A stretch of DNA of 50,954 bases from Myxococcales bacterium (GTDB lineage: Bacteria > Myxococcota_A > Polyangia > Fen-1088): contig PMIX01000081.1 in assembly GCA_003158395.1 (NCBI GenBank), forward strand, positions 1-50,954, read 5' to 3'. Below the pieces are notes generated by a model. The model searched no databases. It was not told the DNA's origin and saw only the letters and a program-made list of their open reading frames with translations. Each line of letters opens with the position of its first letter. Positions within the stretch are counted from its first letter, which is position 1. The translations under genes were made by a program, and so were the position numbers. Positions 18,161-25,927 of this stretch are shown in pieces.

Positions 18161-18561
18161 CTTGGCTGCTTGACACCAACACGCTAGTCTACATCCTGAA
18201 CGGTGAGGCAGGCGTCCGAGCCCGGGCCAATGAAGCCGGGCGAGTTGGACGAGTGGTGACCAGTATCGTCGTGGTGGCGGAGCTGCTTTACGGCGTGGAG
18301 CGCTCCACGCGACGAGACGCGAACCGCCGCCACCTGGAGAAGGAATTGGAGCCGCTGGAGATCGTGCCGCTCAGCCTCGGGGCAGCGGCGCATTTTGGGC
18401 GCTTGAAGGCGGAGCTGCGCGCGAAGGGCATCAACAAAGCGGACCTAGACATGCTGATCGCGGCGACCGTGCTTGACCTGGGGGCCACGCTGGTGACGAA
18501 CGACGGCGCCCTGCTCGACGGCTCGATCTCTGGTCTCACCGTCGAGAACTGGAAAGTCTGA
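18157..18561 (+). CDS. vapC: type II toxin, PIN-domain ribonuclease VapC
   Basis: Acidic PIN residues in context: LLDTN (D5), VVAELLYG, DMLIAAT and LVTNDG. 134 aa, coupled to the upstream small gene. Confidence 0.9.
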   Translation: MTWLLDTNTLVYILNGEAGVRARANEAGRVGRVVTSIVVVAELLYGVERSTRRDANRRHLEKELEPLEIVPLSLGAAAHFGRLKAELRAKGINKADLDMLIAATVLDLGATLVTNDGALLDGSISGLTVENWKV

Positions 18562-18644
18562 GCGTAGGCTTCGAGCGCGGAAGTCCTACGGGAACTTCCC
18601 CTCTTCAACTGCTCTTGCCGGACGGCGGAATCGGGAGGATGAAA

Positions 18645-19235
18645 TCATGGCGCCTGGCCAGCCGGGGAGTTGATGTCCCAGAGCGCGCCGATGTCGAACG
18701 CCACCGCGTCGAACGGCGGAATCAGCGCCTCGCCTTCGCCGCCAAACGTATCGGTGACCATCCAGCCGCGCTCACCACGGCTGAGGACCTCGACCGTGCG
18801 TGCAGATGGATCAACAAACCACAGCCAGGACACGCCGTGCTCGCGATAGATGTGCTGCTTGCGGGTCCGATCGATGAGAGCCGTAGCGGGCGAGAGAACC
18901 TCGCACACCCAGTCGGGTGCCAGGGAGAAGTAGGCCACGTCGGGACATGTGGCCATGCGCTCGCGGCGCCAGCCTGCCAGGTCGGGCACCAGCACCTGCG
19001 CGTCTAGGTGAAGTTCGGGTTCAAAGAGGATGACCCAGCCGCCTGGGCCGCCACGTCCCCTGTGAAACGGCCCCGCCAACTCGCCCCCGATCGCCGAGCT
19101 GGCCATGGCGTGGCGTGAGGCCGGTCGAGGCGAGACAATCAACTCGCCATCGACGATCTCTCCGATCACGTTCTCTGGAAGACGCAGGATGTCCTCGTAG
19201 ATTGCGGGCCGGGATTTCGTCGAGGCAGACGACAT
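18645..19235 (-). CDS. Uma2 family (DUF820) PD-(D/E)xK endonuclease
   Basis: YEDILRLPENVIGEIVDGELIVSP, VPDLAGW, APDWVCEVLSP...D..RK..IY...GV.WLWFVDP, which is the typical Uma2 pattern. Confidence 0.85.
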   Translation of the reverse strand: MSSASTKSRPAIYEDILRLPENVIGEIVDGELIVSPRPASRHAMASSAIGGELAGPFHRGRGGPGGWVILFEPELHLDAQVLVPDLAGWRRERMATCPDVAYFSLAPDWVCEVLSPATALIDRTRKQHIYREHGVSWLWFVDPSARTVEVLSRGERGWMVTDTFGGEGEALIPPFDAVAFDIGALWDINSPAGQAP

Positions 19236-19364
19236 AGCGTAAGTCTAGCAGTTTCCCCAAACCGCGCTCCATCATGGCTGGTCGGAAGGCAGGTCCAGTC
19301 GGGCCCTTCGTCTGGACGCCGAAGGCCAGGCCACAACTGCGCTTGCCGACCGCCGGCATCACAG

Positions 19365-19609
19365 AATGAGCGCGAATGCGTCGAGCCCGTCGTTGCCGCC
19401 GTGCGGGCGGCCGTGCCCGAGGCGACGATTCAGATTGCCGATTCTCTTCGTCGACCGCCGCGTGGGCCTGTCCAAGATGTCGGGCTCGATCTTCTTCGAG
19501 GCACTGACCCTGGTTTGGCAGCTACGATTTCTGGTCGCGAGAGAGAAGAAGTCCGAGGCTGGCTAACGGGCCAGTGCATCTCTTTTCGTGACTGGGTCGC
19601 GGCCTGACG
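19365..19609 (+). pseudogene. internally deleted, frame-broken remnant of the mannosyltransferase gene
   Basis: Segment A (codons for NERECVEPVVAAVRAAVPEATIQI) is fused directly to segment B (PILFVDRRVGLSKMSGSIFFEALTLVWQLRF...SEAG*). The missing stretch corresponds to 17066-17562, which is 497 nt and not a multiple of 3. The two halves are therefore in different frames (see track ORFs 19366..19566 and 19401..19607). Confidence 0.85.
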
Positions 19610-19641
19610 GTCCAGCCAAATGTCCGATAACAGATATTATG

Positions 19642-20313
19642 TCAACTAGGGCCGGCCCCGGGTCCGGCTTGGTGCGGGGAATTCCAAGACACGCGTAAAA
19701 AGACTGCTTGGCGTCTGGTCAGACTGGAACAGATCCGCCCCGCGGGCGCCCACCCGCCGCCCAGAAACACGACGCCCTTGTTGGCCGAGACGCACACCTC
19801 GCCGACGCCAGGATCCTTCGCGGCTTCTTTCTCGGTGGGGGCGCCCATGCAAGCCATCGGCCCGTCAGGCCCCTTCTCGATGGTCAAGAATCTCCCCTGG
19901 TTCTGGCCGGTGCCAACGTACGCTCGGGGTGGATCGGAGCGCGAGGGTTTGCGCTTGAGCGCCTTCGCGACCGCCGCATCGTCCATCTCCGCGGACAGCA
20001 GGTAAATCCCCGCGACGGTGACCGCCACCTGCGTGTAGCGACCGGCATCGCTATCGCCGATGTCTTTCGCGGACCCGTCAAGGACGTGCGCCCATCGCAG
20101 CCGAGCGACGCTGGCGCCGTCGACCACGCGAACGTCGTAGGGCTCGATCCGGACCACCGCAGGCTTGTGCCCCTTGTCGGGGGCAGCTTTCGCGAGCTCC
20201 CAGCGCGCATTGGGCTGGGCCAGCACCTTCCAGAATCCTTTGTCGATCTGGAAATCGCCAGCCCACGCCAGGATCGGCGCTAGCACCAAGAACAGGAAGG
20301 CATGGGTCTTCAT
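19642..20313 (-). CDS. secreted hypothetical protein (3' end possibly non-native)
   Basis: Signal peptide MKTHAFLFLVLAPILAWAG. G/C3 bias is good except in the last ~31 codons (19645-19737). Confidence 0.65.
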   Translation of the reverse strand: MKTHAFLFLVLAPILAWAGDFQIDKGFWKVLAQPNARWELAKAAPDKGHKPAVVRIEPYDVRVVDGASVARLRWAHVLDGSAKDIGDSDAGRYTQVAVTVAGIYLLSAEMDDAAVAKALKRKPSRSDPPRAYVGTGQNQGRFLTIEKGPDGPMACMGAPTEKEAAKDPGVGEVCVSANKGVVFLGGGWAPAGRICSSLTRRQAVFLRVSWNSPHQAGPGAGPS

Positions 20314-20423
20314 GGCCAGAGTCTATCTTCCCAAGCGTGCTTCGTGCCTAGTACCGCCTCTCGCAATTTGGTAGCTGGTTGAGCGGCCGGGTTGACGGCG
20401 GCGGGACCGGTGGCCGGTGGCCC

Positions 20424-20470
20424 GAGCCGGATCCGGCAGCCGGTCCCGGATTCGGAACCGGATCCGGCTC
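20424..20470 (-). terminator. GC-rich hairpin just downstream of the HAMP gene stop (13-bp perfect stem gagccggatccgg / ccggatccggctc)
   Basis: Arms at 20424-20436 and 20458-20470, read directly. The 21-nt loop is itself partly self-complementary. There is no U-tract, so intrinsic-terminator function is uncertain. Confidence 0.3.
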
Positions 20471-20486
20471 CCGGAACCGAGGCGGC

Positions 20487-21119
20487 TCACTCAGACGTGG
20501 GCGCGAGACTAAGCTGTTTCCGGATGCGCTGCTCGCGTAGCTCGGCCAGCACCAGGTCGAGCTCGGGAGAACGCGTGACCTGGGCTTCGATGGCGGCGAT
20601 GGCCTTGTCGAGGATTGCGACGTCGGCGACTGCGCGGGTACGCAAGGCCGCGTACATTTCGGCGAACTGGGCGTGAAAAGACTGCAGCTCGTCCCCGCGG
20701 CGAAGCTGGCGTAGCACGGGCGGTAAGTGATCGTCGCGAATCTGTCCGCAGGTGGTGGCGATGTTGTGAAGCGGCCCCGCCACCTTATGGGTCAGAAAGA
20801 TGCCTGCGGCGGCTATGGAGAGCACGAGAACGACGCCGAATCCCGCCATGCCATAGAGAACGATGCGGTCGCTGGATCGGAACTGGGCCTGCAACTCGGC
20901 CCCGGCAGCCGGATCGGCCTGAACCGTCATCATGACGATGCGCGACGATTCCTGCGTGGCCTGGTAGACCTTGTAGCCGAGAACGCCGGTGAGAACCACG
21001 GCCACCGCAATGATGAAGGCCGTGTACCGGAGTTGCAGTCCCACGTCGAGCAGATAGTTGCGCAGCTTGCGCTTACGTGCGAACGCCGGCCTGTCGGATC
21101 TTTCGTTTTGCTTGGTCAT
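20487..21119 (-). CDS. membrane protein with two TM helices, a HAMP domain and a C-terminal coiled coil, but no output domain
   Basis: ATG 21119 is preceded by GGAGGAGAG (track start 21173). TM1 YTAFIIAVAVVLTGVLGY, TM2 IVLYGMAGFGVVLVLSIAAAGIFL, then HAMP-like THKVAGPLHNIATTCGQIRDD...GDELQSFHAQFAEMYAAL. Confidence 0.7.
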   Translation of the reverse strand: MTKQNERSDRPAFARKRKLRNYLLDVGLQLRYTAFIIAVAVVLTGVLGYKVYQATQESSRIVMMTVQADPAAGAELQAQFRSSDRIVLYGMAGFGVVLVLSIAAAGIFLTHKVAGPLHNIATTCGQIRDDHLPPVLRQLRRGDELQSFHAQFAEMYAALRTRAVADVAILDKAIAAIEAQVTRSPELDLVLAELREQRIRKQLSLAPTSE

Positions 21120-21144
21120 GCTTGTCTCTCCTCCCGGATCCCGA

Positions 21145-21966
21145 CTAACCACCTTGAGAACGGAAGAACTCAAGGAGGCTGTCGCCCAGTTGGCCTGCAG
21201 AAGCTTTGATACAATCGCGTCGGGCGTTTAGTTTGTCGGCCTCGCGCCTGCCCCCTTGCACGGCTGCGCCGGCGCTGGTCCACAGGATCACGCTCCTCGA
21301 CGGCCAGCGCGCAACCATGACCTTGATTTCGCAACTGGTCTCCGCGCTGCCCCCCGACGCTGAGGAAAGGTCCTCCAGGCGGGCCACGTTGCCGTCAATG
21401 AGGAAGCCGACGTGGCTGGTGCGGTCCCGTCCCTTGGAGGCTGCGGCGTCCGAGGCGAAGGTCAGTTTGTCCAGTTTTTCGAGGGATTGCTGCAGCGAGC
21501 TCTGCAGCAAGGTGAGCAACGCAGAATCGGCCGCCTTCGCGCCTCCGGAAAACGAGCCGAAGGTTACGAAGATCGTCCGGTCTTTGCTCTCCTGATCTTC
21601 GAGAGTCGAAAGCGCGACCTTGATCTGGGCGCGGACGAAAGAATCGCTCTCTCGTCCGAGGAGCGCCTTCAGCGCCGCCGCAGCTGGCGCGCCCCCCAGC
21701 TTGCCCAGCGACTGCGCTGCCATCGCACGCACCGAATTGTTCTCATCGCCCAGGGCCTTGATGAGCGCGTCCGTTCCAGCCTTGTCAAGCAGCTTGCCCA
21801 AGAGCAGCGCAGCCTGGACCCGCACCTTGAAGCTGGGATCGGTCAGGAGTGCTTTGGACAAATCATCGACCCTGCCGCCCCAGCCGACCTGCGCCGCGAC
21901 CAGCACAGCGAACACCGTGGCGAGCACAGCCGCCGGTCGTCCCAACCGAGAAGCCGCGGCGATCAT
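21145..21966 (-). CDS. secreted or anchored HEAT-repeat protein with an additional C-terminal domain
   Basis: N-terminal hydrophobic segment. HEAT/PBS-lyase-like repeats DPSFKVRVQAALLLGKL, DENNSVRAMAAQSLGKL and ESDSFVRAQIKVAL. Its ATG overlaps the kinase stop (ATGA 21963-21966). Confidence 0.75.
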   Translation of the reverse strand: MIAAASRLGRPAAVLATVFAVLVAAQVGWGGRVDDLSKALLTDPSFKVRVQAALLLGKLLDKAGTDALIKALGDENNSVRAMAAQSLGKLGGAPAAAALKALLGRESDSFVRAQIKVALSTLEDQESKDRTIFVTFGSFSGGAKAADSALLTLLQSSLQQSLEKLDKLTFASDAAASKGRDRTSHVGFLIDGNVARLEDLSSASGGSAETSCEIKVMVARWPSRSVILWTSAGAAVQGGRREADKLNARRDCIKASAGQLGDSLLEFFRSQGG

Positions 21967-23213
21967 CCTGCCGTGCGCAGCCTCGACGGCGGCCCGCTCG
22001 AAGGGAGCTCGATGACGAAGGCTGATCCGCCTCGGGGAATGTCCTCTACCCAGATGGTCCCGCCGTGCACCTCGACAATCAGCCTTGCCAGAGCGAGCCC
22101 CAGACCGTGACCGATAGGGGAATGCTTGCCTCCCTGGGAATAGGGCTCGAAAATGCGTGTGCGCTGCTCCGCCGGAATGCGGTCATGATCGCCGCCCACA
22201 CTGGCATGGGTCAACCCACCCGCACTGGAAATGTGGATCCGGCATTGGCGGTTGCCTGGCTGGCGCAAGACGTGGGTGATCAAGTTTGCGAGCGCCGCCT
22301 GAAGGTAGTCAGGGTCACCTTGCACCGGCTGAACGTTGGCCCCTGTCTCGATGGCGATGGTCGTGTTGCGGCTGCCGTTCGAGGACTCGATCGCGGCCTT
22401 GGCTTCCTCGGCGAGATCGACCAAGAAGACCTGCTCTTCGCGTAGGGCGACCCGCTCCGACTCGAATCGGTCGTAGTCGAGAACCGTGCGCAGGCCGCGT
22501 GCCATATCACGAAACAGGGCGCGGCAGTCCTGAACACACTCATCGACCTCACTCTTGGAGGAGACGCGACCGAGGGACGCCAGTTCGTGGGCCAAGAACT
22601 CGAAATTCGCTTGCACGGCGCCAATGGAGTTTTGCAGGTCATGAATCAACCCACCCACCCAGCGGCGTCGGTCCCGCATGGCGGCGCCCTGAACCATGCG
22701 CTTCCTCTCCTCGCGCCGGTAGAGCACCTGAGTTCGCAAGAGAGCCCACAGACGAGCCCGCCGTTCGTCGACACTGGTGGCGGGGGAAAAGATCGCATCC
22801 GCGCCCGCGCTCACGGCGCGCAGATGCGCAGCCTCGCGGCTCTTGTCGTCAGTCCACAAGACGATTGGAACGAAGTGCGTGCGGGCGTTCGCCTTAAGGC
22901 GTGCACAGAGATCAACGCCTCCCGCCGCTGTCACCCGCGTCTCGATCAGCACCAGATTCGGGCGGTGCAGAAGCACCTCTTCGAAGGCAAGGTCCGCGCT
23001 GTCCGCCACCTGGACGTTGATGCCCTCGGATTTGAGGAACTCCACCAGGGGCCGAGCGGAGGGCCGGCCCGCCGCAACCACCAGGCCTTCGACCTGACCA
23101 GGGGTTGGTGCGACATCGTTCCGGGTCGTCCGTTGACTGGAGAGCATTCGACGGCGAATCCCACGCCGGGAATCAATGTAACAAAACCCCCGTGCTTCTT
23201 CAACGCTTAGCAT
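21963..23213 (-). CDS. histidine kinase with N-terminal degenerate receiver domain
   Basis: REC-like fold at aa ~43-160. H-box LIHDLQNSIGAV. HATPase region with GHGLGLALARLIVEVHGGTIWVEDIPRGGSAFVIELP. No TM segment. Alternative start M23 (nt 23147). Confidence 0.85.
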   Translation of the reverse strand: MLSVEEARGFCYIDSRRGIRRRMLSSQRTTRNDVAPTPGQVEGLVVAAGRPSARPLVEFLKSEGINVQVADSADLAFEEVLLHRPNLVLIETRVTAAGGVDLCARLKANARTHFVPIVLWTDDKSREAAHLRAVSAGADAIFSPATSVDERRARLWALLRTQVLYRREERKRMVQGAAMRDRRRWVGGLIHDLQNSIGAVQANFEFLAHELASLGRVSSKSEVDECVQDCRALFRDMARGLRTVLDYDRFESERVALREEQVFLVDLAEEAKAAIESSNGSRNTTIAIETGANVQPVQGDPDYLQAALANLITHVLRQPGNRQCRIHISSAGGLTHASVGGDHDRIPAEQRTRIFEPYSQGGKHSPIGHGLGLALARLIVEVHGGTIWVEDIPRGGSAFVIELPSSGPPSRLRTAG

Positions 23214-23303
23214 AACGTATGGTCACGATAGATCTGGCAGGATTGCCGAAAAACATACATGTAGGTTTTTTGACTTCATTGTGGGTCATGCCACTGTGTC
23301 GGC

Positions 23304-23699
23304 ATGAGACACAGCGATTCTGTTGACCGAGCACTCCTCCCTCCCGTCGAAGAAAAGCGCCGGCACCTACGCTTCGACAAGGTTTTTCCGGTGCGGCTGG
23401 AGTCGATTTTGTTCGGCGAGCTGGACTGTGTGGCCCGCAACGTCTCAGCCGGCGGCATCTTCGTTGAGATGACCGAACCCCTTCCCCTGGGAGCCCATGT
23501 GCGGGTTTCGTTCCTCAGCGCCGACAGCTCAGCCGAGATCGTGGCGCTCGGTGAAGTTAAGAATCACTACTTCATGAACTACGCGAAGGAAGGCCTGACC
23601 CGCTCTATCTCCGGCATGGCCGTTCGTTTCTACGCCTTCGAGAAGGAGAGCCAGCAGATCCTGGCGGATTGTCTGGATCGTTTTCGCGTGCTCAACTAG
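23304..23699 (+). CDS. PilZ domain protein (c-di-GMP receptor candidate)
   Basis: RRHLR (RxxxR) followed about 20 aa later by NVSAGG (N-x-S-x-x-G). 131 aa. Confidence 0.8.
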   Translation: MRHSDSVDRALLPPVEEKRRHLRFDKVFPVRLESILFGELDCVARNVSAGGIFVEMTEPLPLGAHVRVSFLSADSSAEIVALGEVKNHYFMNYAKEGLTRSISGMAVRFYAFEKESQQILADCLDRFRVLN

Positions 23700-23703
23700 C
23701 TCC

Positions 23704-25209
23704 CTACTCTGCGAGCTGCGCCCTCACCACGACCGGTTCCCTCAACGCGACGGTCGTGTCGGGATCGATAGGAACCTCCACATCCCGGGGACCTTGCGCG
23801 ATGGTTAGCGTCTTTGTCCCTTCTCGGACACTTAGTTCGTAGCGCCCCGGCAACACGCCCGTGACAAGAAAGCGCCCGTCCTGATCCAGAGCACCGACCG
23901 CCGGCCTGGGGAAGGCCAGTGAGGGTGCGCGGCCCAGCAGGAGCGCCCGGGTATCGGATGACAAACGATAGCCAGTCCGGGGAATCACCTGGCCGGTAAC
24001 ACGCGCCCCTTTGTGGTCGAGACGAAGCTCGACGGTGACATCGCCTTTCTCGGCCAGTTCGATCCTTTCAGGGGGATAGGCCAGCATATCGCCTCGACGG
24101 GCCCACAGATAGTAGGTTCCGGGAGCGAAATGGTCCTGGGCGAAGTTCCCTTCCGAATCCGTGGTCCAGAAGATGGGCAGGGTCGGCGCGCCAGGGACGT
24201 CGGACAGCACCGCCGCGACCGTGGCATTAGGCTCGGGCGACCCATCAGCGTTGTGTACCAGGCCGCGGATCACGGTTCCGTGCGACAGCTTCACCGTCAG
24301 TCGCGCCGCAGGGGCACTAAACGCGTTCTTTGTGGTGACCGACTTCCAGCCAAATTTGGAAACGCGCAGTGAATAGCGGCGGGCTTCCAGGCCGCCCAGC
24401 ACGAAGGTTCCGTCGGCACCCGAGCGGGCCTCACTGACCTCAAGGACATCCTCCGGCGTACGCACGGCCTGCAGCAATGCACCCACCACCGGGGCACCGG
24501 TCTCGGAGTCGGTCACGCGGCCCCGCGCGAGCGACTCCGGGCCCATGCGAAAAGTCCGCACGGGCATAGGGCCGGCCGCGCCAAGCTTGTCGGGCGCCAG
24601 ACGGTCGACGATCTCGCTGGCCAGGCCTTGGCGACGCAGTCGCAGGGCATAGGTCCACGGACCATTGCGCAGGTGAAGCTTGAAGGTGCCGTCCCTGGCC
24701 GAAACTTCGTCGCCCAGCGGTGTGAATTGCGTACCCCGCGCGACCCAGACGTCTATATGGACGCCCTCCAGCCGGCGGCCCGCTTCATCCGTCACTCGCC
24801 CAGAGAGCATCACCTCCGGTCGATCGGCCGTGTCTCGGTTGAACCGGGCCCGATGGAAGGCCAGCTCAGAATCGAGCACACAGTGCGGTCCGGGTGTCCA
24901 TGGCAAGGCACAGGGCGGAGTCAGCAAGGAACAAAACTCCACGCATTCCTCAGGATCCTTGGGGTCACACACGTGGGGCCGGGACTGAAAGGCCTCCAGG
25001 AAGGCAGCCTCTCCGTCGCGGCCGACGCAGTACAGACAAGCATCCGGCTGCTCCACACACAGGACGCCGCGGGGGGAGGCGCTCGTGACATCAGCCGGCC
25101 GCACTCTTGACACCTGGACCGAGCGCTTGCAGGCCGGCAGGGCGAAAAAAAGCGCCACCGCGGCGCAAAGGCCGAACCTTGCGGGCGCATGTCCCACTGG
25201 TTTTCTCAC
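23704..25209 (-). CDS. lipoprotein with Cys-rich N-terminal region and several carboxypeptidase-regulatory-like (transthyretin-fold) repeats
   Basis: The track ORF reaches 25434 and would overlap tmk. GTG at 25209 gives VRKPVGHAPARFGLCAAVALFFALPAC (lipobox). Repeated GRVTD..G.P..GA.. beta-sandwich motifs (GRVTDEAGRRLEGVHIDV, GRVTDSETGAPVVGALLQ, GLVHNADGSPEPNATV). Confidence 0.7.
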   Translation of the reverse strand: MRKPVGHAPARFGLCAAVALFFALPACKRSVQVSRVRPADVTSASPRGVLCVEQPDACLYCVGRDGEAAFLEAFQSRPHVCDPKDPEECVEFCSLLTPPCALPWTPGPHCVLDSELAFHRARFNRDTADRPEVMLSGRVTDEAGRRLEGVHIDVWVARGTQFTPLGDEVSARDGTFKLHLRNGPWTYALRLRRQGLASEIVDRLAPDKLGAAGPMPVRTFRMGPESLARGRVTDSETGAPVVGALLQAVRTPEDVLEVSEARSGADGTFVLGGLEARRYSLRVSKFGWKSVTTKNAFSAPAARLTVKLSHGTVIRGLVHNADGSPEPNATVAAVLSDVPGAPTLPIFWTTDSEGNFAQDHFAPGTYYLWARRGDMLAYPPERIELAEKGDVTVELRLDHKGARVTGQVIPRTGYRLSSDTRALLLGRAPSLAFPRPAVGALDQDGRFLVTGVLPGRYELSVREGTKTLTIAQGPRDVEVPIDPDTTVALREPVVVRAQLAE

Positions 25210-25297
25210 GCAAAGACTGGACACAGGGCAAGAGTATCGGATCACGGGCGCTCGGCAAGGGCGCGGATTGGTGTAGAAGATCACCAGGAGTGAACCC

Positions 25298-25927
25298 TTG
25301 ACCCGCGGCAGACTGATCGTCCTGGAGGGCATCGACGGCTCGGGTACCACCACGCAGACCGAGCGGCTGGTCGAATACCTGCGCCAGCAGGGACACACCG
25401 CCGTGTCGACACGTGAGCCCAGCGCTGGCCCCATCGGTCATCTCTTGCGCGAGGTGCTTCTTGGCCAACATCGCATGCCGGGTGGCGTCTCGGTTGACGG
25501 GCGGACCATGGCGCTGCTGTTTGCCGCTGACCGGATTGACCATCTGCAACGTGAGATCGAACCCCTCCTTGCGGCGGAAACCGACGTGGTCTCGGACCGC
25601 TATCTCATGTCCTCATTGGTCTACCAGGCCGAAGAGGCTGATCGCGAGTGGGTGGCCCTACTGGCGCGAGGGGTTCGACCGCCAGATCTGACCATTCTGC
25701 TCGACATCCCCGTCGAGTTGGCGGCGCAGCGCAGGCTCCTGGCTGGGCGTCCCGAAGAACGCTACGACGCGGATTCCTACCTTGGCCGTGTGGCAGACAA
25801 CTACCGTCGGCTGGCACGCGCCGACGCCTCGGTGGTGATCCTCGACGGTTCTGCATCGCGAAACGAGGTCACGGCCGCTGCGGTGGCGGCCGTGCGGGCG
25901 CGATTCGCATTCCCGGCAACGCCATGA
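25298..25927 (+). CDS. tmk: thymidylate kinase
   Basis: LIVLEGIDGSGTTTQ P-loop, STREPS, DRY and LID-region pattern. TTG start. Confidence 0.9.
   Translation: MTRGRLIVLEGIDGSGTTTQTERLVEYLRQQGHTAVSTREPSAGPIGHLLREVLLGQHRMPGGVSVDGRTMALLFAADRIDHLQREIEPLLAAETDVVSDRYLMSSLVYQAEEADREWVALLARGVRPPDLTILLDIPVELAAQRRLLAGRPEERYDADSYLGRVADNYRRLARADASVVILDGSASRNEVTAAAVAAVRARFAFPATP

Noticed and set aside
18562-18644. Small hairpin ggaagt-cctacggga-acttcc between the convergent vapC and Uma2 genes, as a bidirectional terminator
   Set aside because: The stem is only 6 bp with no flanking T/A tracts, which is too weak to call.
23235-23246. tggcaggattgc between the kinase operon and PilZ, superficially GG...GC like a sigma-54 promoter
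   Set aside because: Only 7 nt separate GG and GC, where the consensus spacing is 10 nt.
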